A DNA stretch of 64,000 nucleotides from Cirrosporium novae-zelandiae (lineage: Eukaryota), in contig JAPETS010000013.1 in the NCBI GenBank assembly GCA_026023565.1, positions 496,001-560,000 on the forward strand, written 5' to 3'. The notes beneath the pieces are model-generated. The model saw nothing but the letters and a program-made list of their open reading frames with translations, made no database searches and was not told where the DNA came from. A program made the position numbers and the translations under genes. Within the stretch, counting starts at the first letter, position 1; each line of letters begins with the position of its first letter. Positions 1-14,150 of this stretch are shown one piece after another.

Positions 1-586
1 GTAGGTACTTATTAGTCATAAGCATGGTCTTTGTTAAATGCTATGCTTTGGTACGAATTAGTATGAGCTATGCCCTCCAAAATTCGTACTAAGTACTTCC
101 CTTCTCTATCCATCAACGATAATTTACATGAATATAAATAAATAGATAGAAGAAAATAAAGAGAGAGAAAAGACAAATAATTTTTAAAGTAGATATAACT
201 TAGGGTATTTGGAATGTAGGTTAAGAATGCTCTTTTTTCCTTTTAGGATAAACGAGAAGGATAAACACGTAATCGTGTCGATTTCGATTTCGGCTCTTCA
301 GCTGTGCATGTTATCATTGTTATGTTTTTAATCTCTAGCAATCAATCAATCAATCGATCAATCAGTCAATTCATAGCCTCGTCGCCTCATTGCGCCCCTT
401 TTTATTGGGTTTGCACATTCACCGTTCCATTCCGTAAAAACTCCTCTTCCCTTTCAATCATCCATCCTTCATAAGAAAGATCGCCTTGCAGAGTATAATA
501 GTACATGCACAATAGAGCAGAATTGAAAAAAAAACCTATTATCACCACCATCTTTTAAACTCCTTTGTGAGAATGTTTTTAGTCAC

Positions 587-3285
<2,699 letters not shown>

Positions 3286-3751
3286 TTTTATTGTATTTGC
3301 ATATGAAAGCTTCAAAGCTCTCGTGGGGTAGATGGAATGGAGGGTTGGGTGCACACGAGGTTGGGCCGTGTCAGCAAAGAATGCTGGACACTAAATGGAC
3401 CAACAGTCAATCCCTACGACAATCAAATGGCCAAGAGAGAATCGCCGCCAGGGGTTGGAAGGCCGTAAGGGTGGTAATTATGGTTGGAGGAAGATTGGAT
3501 ATGCGTCGGCGGTGGAGGGAAAAGATCAACAGAGGAGGGGACGAGGGGTTCGGTTGAGTCGTGACAAGAACAAGGGGAGGTCGGTCCTATGTCCTATACT
3601 GTCAAAGTGGGTTCATTCAATATCTTTCATGCGAGTATGGATGGTGGGATTGGCAGATGAATTTTAGTATAGTTTTGTATTTCAAGGTATTTTTGCTAGA
3701 TGATGTAGACAGGAATGAGTTAAGGTAACAAATTGGTTGGTTTATTATGAC

Positions 3752-3944
3752 TAAACTGGGCACAAAAGGACCGCCTTAGTAGGGATGTTATGTAGGGATT
3801 ATGATAGGTCAGATAACTGTTTTCAGGCAGAATCAGGTATCAACTTTTTTGCTGAATCATCCTGAGCCTCAAGATCTTATCATTGGGCCAATTGACCCCC
3901 CAGTTTGACCCCCCCGCTAAGGCGGTCCTTTTGTGCCCAGTTTA
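3752..3944. mobile_element. MITE-like non-autonomous DNA transposon (~190 bp) with terminal inverted repeats and probable TA target-site duplication
   Basis: ctaaactgggcacaaaaggaccgccttag (3751-3779) is the exact reverse complement of ctaaggcggtccttttgtgcccagtttag (3917-3945); TA at 3752-3753 and 3943-3944; non-coding interior. Confidence 0.8.
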
Positions 3945-4999
3945 GGAGAGAAGGTACTCTATGGTGTACTAGGCCTATTTTGTCTTCACAAGTGATGAGT
4001 AATTTGAGACTAAGCTTAAAAAGGAAACTTGCATGTGCACCCTACCTATGTGAATTGCTCGTCACTTTTAATTAGAGGAAGCCGCTATTGACAAGAGTGG
4101 GAAGAAAGAAGGCTTATGTACCCGCTAAGCGAGCCTTGGTTAGTTTCTTCCCACAATGAGGATAAGTTGGAATTGGAGAGAAGTGATGAGTGGTGTCTTA
4201 CAGCTCCGTCATACCAAAACTCCGGGGATGGTTTTCTACAGTAACGGACTATGGACAGCTGTCCCACAATACAGGCAGGACCAGTGTGCGACCAGTGAAG
4301 ACATCCCAAGAACCCCTGTTCTCGTCATCATTTCGATCAATCATCCTATCGAGCTTTAGACCACCTTTCACCTTTTCACAAGCTTTGAAATGAATCAATA
4401 CGTGATGTAGTACTTTAATACAAGTACATTGTTACAAAATAGCTTGTGCGTTGATAAGATAAGATCTACTAAACCCTAGCTCCAGCATATTTTTGTTAGT
4501 TAGATAATTATTACTTTCTAGATTCAGCTAGATTACCTTACTATAACCTAAAGATATATAATACGCTAATTAGAAAGCTTAAGGGGTGTGAGAGAAGGCA
4601 CAAGGTATAGAGAATATCTTGGTACATAGATATATCAGCTATATTCCTAATGTGGTAGGTATCTTGGAGTCAATCCGATGGTAAACTCAAATTATGTTTC
4701 TAATATAACTCGAGAAACAAGAAAATTCAGTCTAGGCTGAACAACAGCATACTTTGAGCGTAGGTATACATAAGCTTGCCAATAGTAAATGGACAATATC
4801 TATTCCTCAACACTTGCTTCGCACCGACTTCAATTAGTGCTACTGAAACCGCTCTAGATCCTTCTGCGTCGGCTTGAGCAACGCTCTCAACATTTCGGGC
4901 ATTAGTCAAGTACACCTCCACTCGGCACAAACCACAGAGAATTTCTCGCTCAAATATTCAGCAAGTCTCGCCTAGAACCTAAACGAGCCAACAATAGCC

Positions 5000-5545
5000 A
5001 TGTGCGTCGGATACAAAACACCCTTTGCCAACTGTAAGGGTGTTAGTAAACATGAGATTGGGACGATGCTAGTCGAATCTTCCTCGGATAGCCCAAAGGA
5101 GACTCACTTCTTCTATGAGATTGTCCAATGTGATAAACGCAAAGCCAGTACCAATCCAAGCTTTTGCAAGGACCCGGAAAATATTGAGATAACAGAGACA
5201 AGCAAGACAGAAAGGTTGACATGTCCCATCTGCAATGAAACAACGATTGAACTAGTCCATTTTGACGACAAAGTAGATGTGGAGGACACTACAGATGAGG
5301 ACTATGACCCTAACGAGGACGCCGTAGAAGATGATGACGATGCTATGGATCTAAGTAAAAGCGAGGACGAAGACAAGGACGAGAGCAGTGATGATGACGA
5401 GGATGAAGACAACAAAGAGAGTTTTAGTTCAGATGATTCAAGTCAAATGACACCAAGAATACTCCCCTCAATGCCCCCTAGAATTTGGGTCCCTGAGCCT
5501 TGGGCCGGCCGAACTGGCCCTATCTCTAAACATCATCGTTATTAA
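5000..5545 (+). CDS. Hypothetical protein, Cys/His-patterned N-terminal domain plus Asp/Glu-rich tail
   Basis: Uninterrupted 181-aa ORF, good start context (gccATG), MC..C..H..C..C..CPIC pattern followed by a long acidic tract. Confidence 0.65.
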   Translation: MCVGYKTPFANCKGVSKHEIGTMLVESSSDSPKETHFFYEIVQCDKRKASTNPSFCKDPENIEITETSKTERLTCPICNETTIELVHFDDKVDVEDTTDEDYDPNEDAVEDDDDAMDLSKSEDEDKDESSDDDEDEDNKESFSSDDSSQMTPRILPSMPPRIWVPEPWAGRTGPISKHHRY

Positions 5546-6028
5546 AATTTTTCTCATAGTTGGAGAACACAGGCTGACGAAGAGCTGGGGATCGGGATAA
5601 GGAGGAGTATTGATAGGATGGAAGTGAAATGCGCGAGAGTTACGTCTGCTTCCTATCTTCCAATCATAGGATAGTATGTCATGGTAAGAGCTCTGAAGAT
5701 TGGTTTATGGTATCACTCCATAGGCTACCAATAATTGTCGGTAGTATTTGAAACGAATTATTGCTAGCCAAGGATAATAGCAATTGAATTTTCCACTTTT
5801 AACATAGTGCCCACACGGTAGAGTTTCAATGTCTAGTTTCATATGTCGGCATAGAAACGGAGTGACGACATAGCAAATGAGCAGCTCAAAGGAAAAATCC
5901 CTGATAGCGTTCTATTTTTTGTTATGGACATTGAAAAGCCTTCATACAGATTAGACGAACCAACTTTCCACACTTCGGGAGGGTGATCACTGATGTGTCA
6001 AGGTGAGGTAGTATACTAGCCATATCTC

Positions 6029-7249
6029 CTATTCTCCGTCAAATCCTACCTCTTCATCTCTAACCCAAAACTTGAACCATCCTTTCCCTCTTACCCTCTT
6101 TAATCCTTCATGGACTCCTTCGGACCATTCTTCACTTCCCCAGCCATCAACATATCCTTCAAATTGGCCCTTCTCTACTGCCTGCTGCCTCCTTCGAGCC
6201 TCGTGTCTTGCTTCTTCGATAGCAATTCCAGGTTTAAACTTTGGAACCGAGCAGCGGGAGACTCTTAGCCGTAAGGTACAAAATGAAGCCCAAGGACCGG
6301 GAATGCAGGGTTTGCAAGATCGCACACCCTGGTCAGACGTAGTGGTCGGAAACAATGCCCAGGAGGTAGCAATTATAGTACAGTCGAACTTTCTCTGTAG
6401 CTCTTGTAGACATTTCACAATCATAGGCCATTTATTTGGATGTGAATTATATGCAGATGACGGATCGACTCTAGCATTTTCTACTGCAAATCGATCAGAC
6501 CAGTAAAATGCCGTTGCACTATCTAGGAGTAATAAACGAAGTACCCGATAGCCAGACACGTGAGTATTGACATTAAGAAGATAGTCTGGAATTGATTCAA
6601 TAGTGGCTAGTAGAGATGATGTACTTGAGGGCCGGAAGACATGAATATGTTGCATGCTGGATTTCACCAAGGCCGAAACATCAGCATCTTGGACCACATT
6701 GGGTTCAAGGATTTGCAGGACGAGACGAGTCACATAACTCATCATGATTTGGTAAAGTCGTGTTGCGTTGAAGCGATTATCCGCATCCAGAAAAATGACA
6801 GTCCCATCTTTTCCATCCAGTTGGATTTCCCTTTCTGCGACATGGAAGCTTGAAGGAAGGATAGCTATTGTGATTGCATAGTACAATATATGGCTCTTAC
6901 CACATCCAGAGGGGCCCACGATTTCAATGACCGCCGTTTTATTACGTGCAGTATTCCTTGAGGCTGTCTGGATATCTCCCTCTATTCGGGTTGGCGATCC
7001 CCATGATTGGAATGTCTGTGCCTGCGTTACAGGATATTGGAATACCTCAAGAAGTCGATCTATCTGTGGAATACCGACTCTAGAGGACGGCCGTGGTTCA
7101 TGGAGAAGTCGCAAATTTCCAAGGAACTATTCGAATATTATATTAGCAGTTGCGCGTAAAAGACCTTAGATTTGAGGTTTTCAGACCGCGCCTAAGCTTT
7201 CTTCTTTCACCTCACTCAACAGCCTTATCCCCAGCGCCTCCGCACCCAT
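6029..7249 (-). CDS. Rad51 paralog, XRCC2-like DNA repair protein, 2 exons
   Basis: Walker A GPSGCGKS, IFLDADNRF, Walker B LLLLDS. First exon MGAEALGIRLLSEVKEESLGA (ATG 7249) joins in frame through intron 7127-7186. Confidence 0.85.
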
Positions 7250-7319
7250 TGCGCATCTCAGTCATCCAGTTAAATAATCTTTATACCATTTCCATGTTTA
7301 TTGGCTCACAAAAGTATCA

Positions 7320-7657
7320 ATGACGCCCCCCATTGAAGCATTTCCAGTATACCAACTTGAAGAACGAGCACGATGGTTCCAAAAGAATGGAAGTTGGAAG
7401 TTACGGAACGGGCCGGTGAATCTGAAAAAATGTGAACTGCTGGAGTTAGTACAATATAATTGTGGTCTTGACGGGAAATCCGAGAAAGATACTAAAGCTA
7501 TCATTAAATGTTACCCTATTGTAAGGGCTTTTAGAAGGTGAATTTGTTTGATAAGATCCCACTGGCAAGGTATGGCGTTGACTTTACTTTTAGGTGTACG
7601 GATCGCACAGGAACTTTTATGGTGGAAACTACTGCTTGGGACCAAGAGAATTCTTGA
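7320..7657 (+). CDS. SOM1: Som1-like subunit of the mitochondrial inner membrane peptidase, 2 exons
   Basis: L..CEL.ELVQYNC..C.PIVR.FRRC..VETTAW pattern typical of fungal Som1; intron 7538-7593; exon 2 CTDRTGTFMVETTAWDQENS*. Confidence 0.85.
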
Positions 7658-8038
7658 TTTCGTCCTTAGGATATATAGCTACAGCCTGACAGGGTCATAA
7701 GGAAAATAGGTTTTCTTCATTCACGCCATCATTTTCGCTACCATTCACTATACGTTATCATTCAGGTTTCGGTCTCTCGGTCTCTCATTCGCCAAAATGT
7801 CATGTTAATACATAATGCAGGTATGAGATTGGGTCAGAGAGTAGGATCTTGGTCAAACTTTGTTGTGTTCGAGGGCATGATGTAAATAACTGATGACAGT
7901 ATGAGTTGTCACCTTCCATAGGCACTCATCCGCATGTTTCCAGCTAGAAATACATATCCAATAGACGCCACACCATTAAATAACCCCGGGTATCATTAGC
8001 TATAAACACCTTTTCAAAAATCAATAATTCACCAAGGT

Positions 8039-9072
8039 CTATCCAGGCAGAACAACCTCAAGATGGTTGGTGTTTTTCTGGGGCTTGGCTGTTGATGGCT
8101 TTGGAACTGATCTTTGCCAGAACTGCTTGTCGTAGTTTACCACAGGTCCATGCAACAGGTCACGAATTGAGGGCGCAGGTGCCTTCCCAGAACTCCCCGG
8201 GTATGAGATTATCAAATCATCATTCCCGTCATCCTTTCTTGCGTCCTCTTCTGCGCATTGTGCCATGGTTCGAGCCCAGAGCTCCTGGCCCTCTGCTCGC
8301 ATGCTGCTCCTAGTTCTTGCACGCTTCGAAAAGTCCATTTCATCAGTGCTCCCTTTATTTGCTGCTACCAATTTTCTTAGGGCTTCTTCTCCTAGCCTTC
8401 CCTCAGCTGTAGCCCGTTCACGAACTTTGCGTGGATCATCCTCGCGATTTGGAAAATCTGGCGTCTCTTTATAGGTGTGTCTGCTAGGAAAGGAGGGGAA
8501 GTGTTGAGGAATATAACTTCGCTGGGATCTATCGGTATTGCCAGTAAGATCTGGCCTAAGAAAAGGGAGTCGAGGGAGTCGAGGAAAGTCGTCGGACGAT
8601 TTCAGGTCCAAGGATAACACCTGTGATACATCTGGTGACACTGGCGGCTGCAAGTGGGGTATAAGTGCCGAGGTTGAGACATGCATGAAAGAAAGAGCTT
8701 GCTCGAAATCCTGAGGAGTAGGTTGAGTTCGGCGGCAGGACAGCATTGAGCGTCTTATTGCGGCAACCATGTGAACCATGTCTGTTCCCAATGTCAGAAT
8801 ACATTAAAAAAAGAGTGAGAACCCAGCATACATTCTTCCACTCCAGCTCGGAAGCTCTCAGCGGCAAATATATCCACGCCATCGAACCCAATACGATCCA
8901 ACACAATTCCTATTGAGCGTGAGAGAAGCGTATGAATGGCCTCTTCATCTGGGGGGGCTGGCTCGGGTGGGGGTTTCTGTTTGAAATGAAGGTTGTGGTG
9001 CTGTAAGCGTGGTTTTTTTGAGGGCCGCTGCTCCAAATATTCGGTATCTGCCATTGCGCGAATGGGAGCCAT
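8039..9072 (-). CDS. TAF8: TFIID subunit Taf8-like (bromodomain-associated histone fold + TAF8_C)
   Basis: GFD..A.ESFR..VEEY, RRTQPTPQDF, YIP.HFPSFPS.HTYK.TP, R.RAT.EGRLGEEALRKL; two ORFs joined by one short intron. Confidence 0.9.
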
Positions 9073-9541
9073 ATGTATTTTGCTGACTATCCTTGAATCA
9101 AAAAGTAATTATTGGGGAAATACACCAGTTGAGCTTAGTTATAAGCCCTCAAACTGATAAATTGACTTGATGGATCGCGCGGTCGAAAGGTCTCTAGACA
9201 GAATGATATTAAGGTATGGTCTATTTAAAAGGTATTGAGAGTAGGCTATAGAGGCATTCCATCTTTGGTGTTGAGAAGCCTTCCAGCCCTACGAAGAGCA
9301 AGTTCAAGATCAAGGCGTCGTGTCTCACAGCCAATCACTACTTCGGACGCGCTTAATACTCGTGGCGCTTAAGGAGTTTAACTCTAATGTCACACCATTG
9401 ATACCTGAACATGAATTGGATCTCAAAGTCATCCAAGCGCACTCTATCACCACAACCATTCTGTTAAATTCATAGTAACGCAGCTAAAACTCCCCTCTCT
9501 ACCGCTTGGTATCTTTATTCAAGCACAATTCTTCACTCAAA

Positions 9542-10040
9542 ATGGCTATTGCACCTATTCAAGGAGTAAGTTCATATTTCCGAATCTCCGCAAGTCCGAG
9601 ATATGAGTTGAAGATGCTTGGAACAATAGAAGCAGTGCTAACCTCATTGTTTATTGCAGATGCTTAGAAGGAGCTTGGTGGTTAACATCAGCACTGCCCT
9701 AGGTTAGTATGTCAAGAGATGATATATCCTTGCGGTCGAGCCTTCATTCTCTATATCAACACGGCATTCAACGGAATTAAACATCCATTGGCCTCCAGTC
9801 CAGTCGAACTAAAAAAAAATTACTGATCATCATCATTTATAGGTCTCGGAGTTTCTGGAGGCTATGCCTTCTGGTATGGTATGTAGGAATGGAACCTATC
9901 CGTCAAACCAGCTTGTCGCAATTGCATAGTACAACAATCTGAACTGACTGCAATTAGGATACCACCTGCCGACTGTCCAGAAGCGGGATACCTACTATGC
10001 CAAACTCGAAGAAGAGAGAGCAAGGAACCTTGGCCAGTAA
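9542..10040 (+). CDS. COX9: Cytochrome c oxidase subunit VIIa (Cox9), 61 aa, 4 exons; absent from ORF track
   Basis: Spliced product MAIAPIQGMLRRSLVVNISTALGLGVSGGYAFWYGYHLPTVQKRDTYYAKLEEERARNLGQ*; GT-AG introns 9566-9659, 9703-9842, 9879-9957. Confidence 0.92.
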
Positions 10041-10938
10041 AATTGCCGCGCGAACAGAAGGGAGCAAGGCTGACAGCCGTCAATCGAAATTGTACATATT
10101 GTGAGCTACTAGGGGTTTTGAAAGTGAAACAATATACCGAGGAGATCAACAAGGTTTCGATATTAATTCATCATAAAGCCATTGAGAACCTTTCCAACCT
10201 CTCTTACATGGTGCCATTTACTTTTAATTTGACTGGGCATTCTTGACCAATCGATAGCCGGAGTTTATCCCTGGACATAGTGTACCGACCATACCTACTA
10301 GATGATGTAGCACTAATGGAATTTTCTTCCGCTATCATCTGTATGGAATCCATCCTTGCATAGATTTAGATTTTAAACCCCAGATTTCCCGGGAATGGTT
10401 ACGCTCGAAGGCCTTCAAAAGCCCTTGTCTCATTTTTTCTTTTCTTAACAAAGCCACTATTACCATACAACTTTGCAAATAATATGTGATATGAAGCGAC
10501 GTTAATATGTGCCTTCATCTATGGACTCTGACACACATTAGACAGTTTCATATGAGATTGATGACATCTGATGACATCTGGTGGCATTTCCCTGAGAGCC
10601 TGACTGGTGTCGTAGCGTGAAATTGAGGTATATTATAGTTGTCACTCTTAAAGGATATACGTCCACGTCTCCTAGCCCAAAGGTGGCACGTTGATGGAGT
10701 AACGGGTAGTGGATGATTTACCAATGGCGAACTGTATAAAAATGGGGTTTGTATTTCCATAACTGGATTACGTTATAGTAGGATTAAATACACGTCGTAT
10801 TAAGTTTGATCATTATGCTCCAACTCCAATTATTCGTCGTTTGCGTGACCAGTAGCGGTCAACCGATGTCCCAACATTTGTCCCAAGCTCCCTTCCCCAA
10901 CACTCAGTAGGTCTAACTAGGTTTAACTAGCTAGCCAT

Positions 10939-11313
10939 TCACAGGACCTTCTTCGCGGTGTGCATATCGATCTCCTCCACTTCATCTTCTCCAACCAACG
11001 GGTTACCCTTCAATTGACTCTTCAAATAACCTCTGGTTTTCTCTTCGCCTGCATGCTCCAGAGCCTCCTGCTGAGCCTTTGCCTTGACTTTGAGGTAGTA
11101 CTTGGCACAGTAGTTGAAGAGGTCCTCGCCAGCACCGGAAACGTAAAGGAAGGCGGCAAAGGCTACGAGGAGAGTAAGTACAATGGCGATGATGAGATAT
11201 GTATCTTGAGCCCCATGAGGGCTGTCAAAGTCTGTAAGAGAAGAGGGAATTAGTGGGACGATAAGGAAGTACATGGAACAGACAAGCGGGAAAGTACCTT
11301 CGGCGGCGGTCAT
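10939..11313 (-). CDS. Small single-pass membrane protein of unknown function
   Basis: Hydrophobic helix YLIIAIVLTLLVAFAAFLYVSG then charged helix; probable in-frame 66-nt intron 11232-11297. Confidence 0.7.
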   Translation of the reverse strand: MTAAEGTFPLVCSMYFLIVPLIPSSLTDFDSPHGAQDTYLIIAIVLTLLVAFAAFLYVSGAGEDLFNYCAKYYLKVKAKAQQEALEHAGEEKTRGYLKSQLKGNPLVGEDEVEEIDMHTAKKVL

Positions 11314-12306
11314 GGTGGGATTAACGTAGATTAGATTGGGTTTAGGTTGTAAAATTATAAGTTTATCTGGTTGTATTTTTTCGGTTTTTCCTTTGGAGAG
11401 ACTATGAACAGGTCAATTGGAGCTTTTTATGGAGTTGGAGATATTTCTTGACCCAAAACAGGATATTTGTGAGGAGGGGGAGTTAAACAAGCTTGCCTTG
11501 CCCTACAATTACAACCAGTTTTTATCCTGCCCGGTTACATCAACGTACGTCAACGCTTGCATGGAATTCGTGATTAGGATGGTCCACAGGGCATAATACA
11601 CAGTACAGCTGATTACAGTCGGTACAGTTAGTTGTGGCGTGATTATTCCCATTATTTCCATTGGTTTACAGGGAATGAATCAAGGGTTCTATTGTGGTCA
11701 TTATGCTATGTCCCACCTGATTCTTTAAAAAATTTATATGACCAGATTAGCATCGTTTTCATGCCATAATTAATCCTACTTTACTTGGAGTCGGTCACAT
11801 AGTTAATCACGTGAATACCCGAGGCGTATGTGGCTCCAGTAATTGATAACAACACGGTAGAACACTTAAGCTCGATACAGTTAGAGATTTTATCAAAAGC
11901 ATGTCGAAGCGTTTTTAAAGTATATCCATGGTTACATCCATCCGTTCATCTGTTTAAACTGCAAATATAAGTACACAGTCTAAGTACCAGCAACTTACTT
12001 GGTGGGAAACGACTTTGAAGGTTACTTATCCCCCTTGTCCTCCTCCTCGGCTTACGGAAGGAGAAATAGGCGAGCTTTACATCCGTTCCGGTAACCAGCC
12101 TAGTCTGGTCTAGTACAGTCGGTCCAGTCCAGCCAGTCTACGTCACCTGGGCCTTTTCATACAGTAAGGAAGTTACAGGAATCGTTACTTTCGTGGTATC
12201 CTCTGGTCAATCCGCCCCCAAATTAATCACCGCTGCACGTCCCGTACCGCTGTGCATCCCTCCGTATCTCCGTGTCATTGTTACAGATTAATCTCAGCTC
12301 AACATC

Positions 12307-14150
12307 ATGGCATCGTCGTCCTCCGGGTCCTCGTTCAAACAGCAGTCTCCAGCCCCTTCTATGTCTGGTTCAACCACCTCAACCGACATGTCTTCTGTTA
12401 CTGCTGCACCACCTACCATAATTTCTTCAGAGAAGACGCCTGATGATTCTTCAAAACTGAAAACCTTCCTTGGCATCCTTCGCAAGTAAGCAATTCCCCC
12501 TTCTTATCAACTTTAGTTCCAATATAAAACCAACTTCATAGTTGAAATTCCTACTTAGCCATCCATTTTATTCGGTTACCTGAACTGACTTGTTAATTCC
12601 TATTTGAATAGATTCATTGGTGTTACAGATATTGCCACTGTTCGCTTTTCTCTCCCTTCCCAATTAATTGAACCCATTCCGAATCTTGGTAGGACAGCCT
12701 TCTATATCCGGCCCATGAAACTTGGAGCATCTGAGTTGCGGTGAAGCTTACTCCGATACAGAATATTGGCATTATCTTGATAGGCCCGAAACATTCGTAA
12801 GGTTAGGATCTCCATTGTCCAGAATTGACAATTCCGAGGCTGATGATATACCAGTATCGGAGACTCAGATGATTCTGTAGAGCGCATGCTGGAGGTCTTG
12901 AGGTTTTGGTTTACAAAAGATTTGGTCCGTGATTTCGCCCGTGCTTAGAGAGGTGCTTGCCTAACAGATAGCAGAAATACGTCAAAGGAAAACCATGCAA
13001 GCCATATAACTCAACTTTAGGAGAGTTTTTCCGAGTAAGCTCTGGGTTAGATTAATTATGAAGGTTCCAGGCTCTAACGACTACAAGTGTACATGGACCG
13101 TTGAGGATACCTTGCCCCCAGTGCGCCTGAGTCAAGACGATAAAGATAATAAAGATAAAAAGGACAAGAAGGACAAGAAGAGTGAAAAAGAAGAAAAGGA
13201 CAAAAAGAACGAGAAAAATGAAGATGCAGCGTCGAAACCTAAAAAGCAAATCAAACTTTCCTATTTGACTGAACAAACCTCACATCACCCTCCAGTCTCT
13301 GCTTTCTATATCAACTGCCCAGAAAAAGGTATAACAGCACGTGGTTTCGATCAGCTTAGTGCCAAGTTTACTGGAACGACTATCCGCGTGGCTCCCGGCG
13401 CCCACAACTTGGGAATATTTATCAACCTTAAGAACCGCGATAATGAAGAGTACCAGCTCACACACCCAGCAGCTCATCTTAGCGGAATTCTAAGAGGTGC
13501 GTTACATGTTAGTGTTGCGGACACGTGCTTTGTCACCTGTCCCAAAACGAAAATAAAGGTAATCCTCAATTATCTGGATGAAGGCTGGATTGGGAAGGCG
13601 CAAAATAGAGTGGTCGGCGTTATCTATCGATATGATCCAGAGAATGACGACAAAAGTAAAATAAAAGACGTTCCTGAAGAAGATGTACTCGTCAGAATAG
13701 ATGGTTGCTGGAAGGAGCAAGTTTACTTCACCCCTGCTAAATCGAATGTGAGTTTCCTCTCCAAGCACACTCTTGTTTCTCGGAAAATGACCCCCCTAGG
13801 ACCGTCAACTTATGGTTGACCTCAAGCCCCTATTTCCCGTTCCCAAAGCTGTTCCCCCACAGACAGAGCAACTTTGCAACGAGTCCCAAAAATTTTGGAA
13901 CGAGGTCACGGAAGCCATTCTCAACAAACAATTCAGCCAAGCAACCAAACTCAAGCATAATATCGAAGAGCGCCAACGGCAAAAGGCTGCTGAACGTGAA
14001 ACCAACAACGAGGAGTGGCAACCCAGGTTTTTCACCGGTACGCTAACACCGATGGGAAAACCCGACCTTTCACCTGAGGGCATAGAAGCATTGAAGGGAC
14101 TACATGAAGGAAATTACCATTTGCCCGAGAGTATGAAGCTAGGAGCGTGA
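12307..14150 (+). CDS. Oxysterol-binding protein family (short ORD-only Osh protein), multi-exon
   Basis: OSBP signature LTEQTSHHPPVSAF, KPYNSTLGEFFR, K..IEERQR, W.PRFF; several short introns between 12487 and 13800. Confidence 0.93.
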
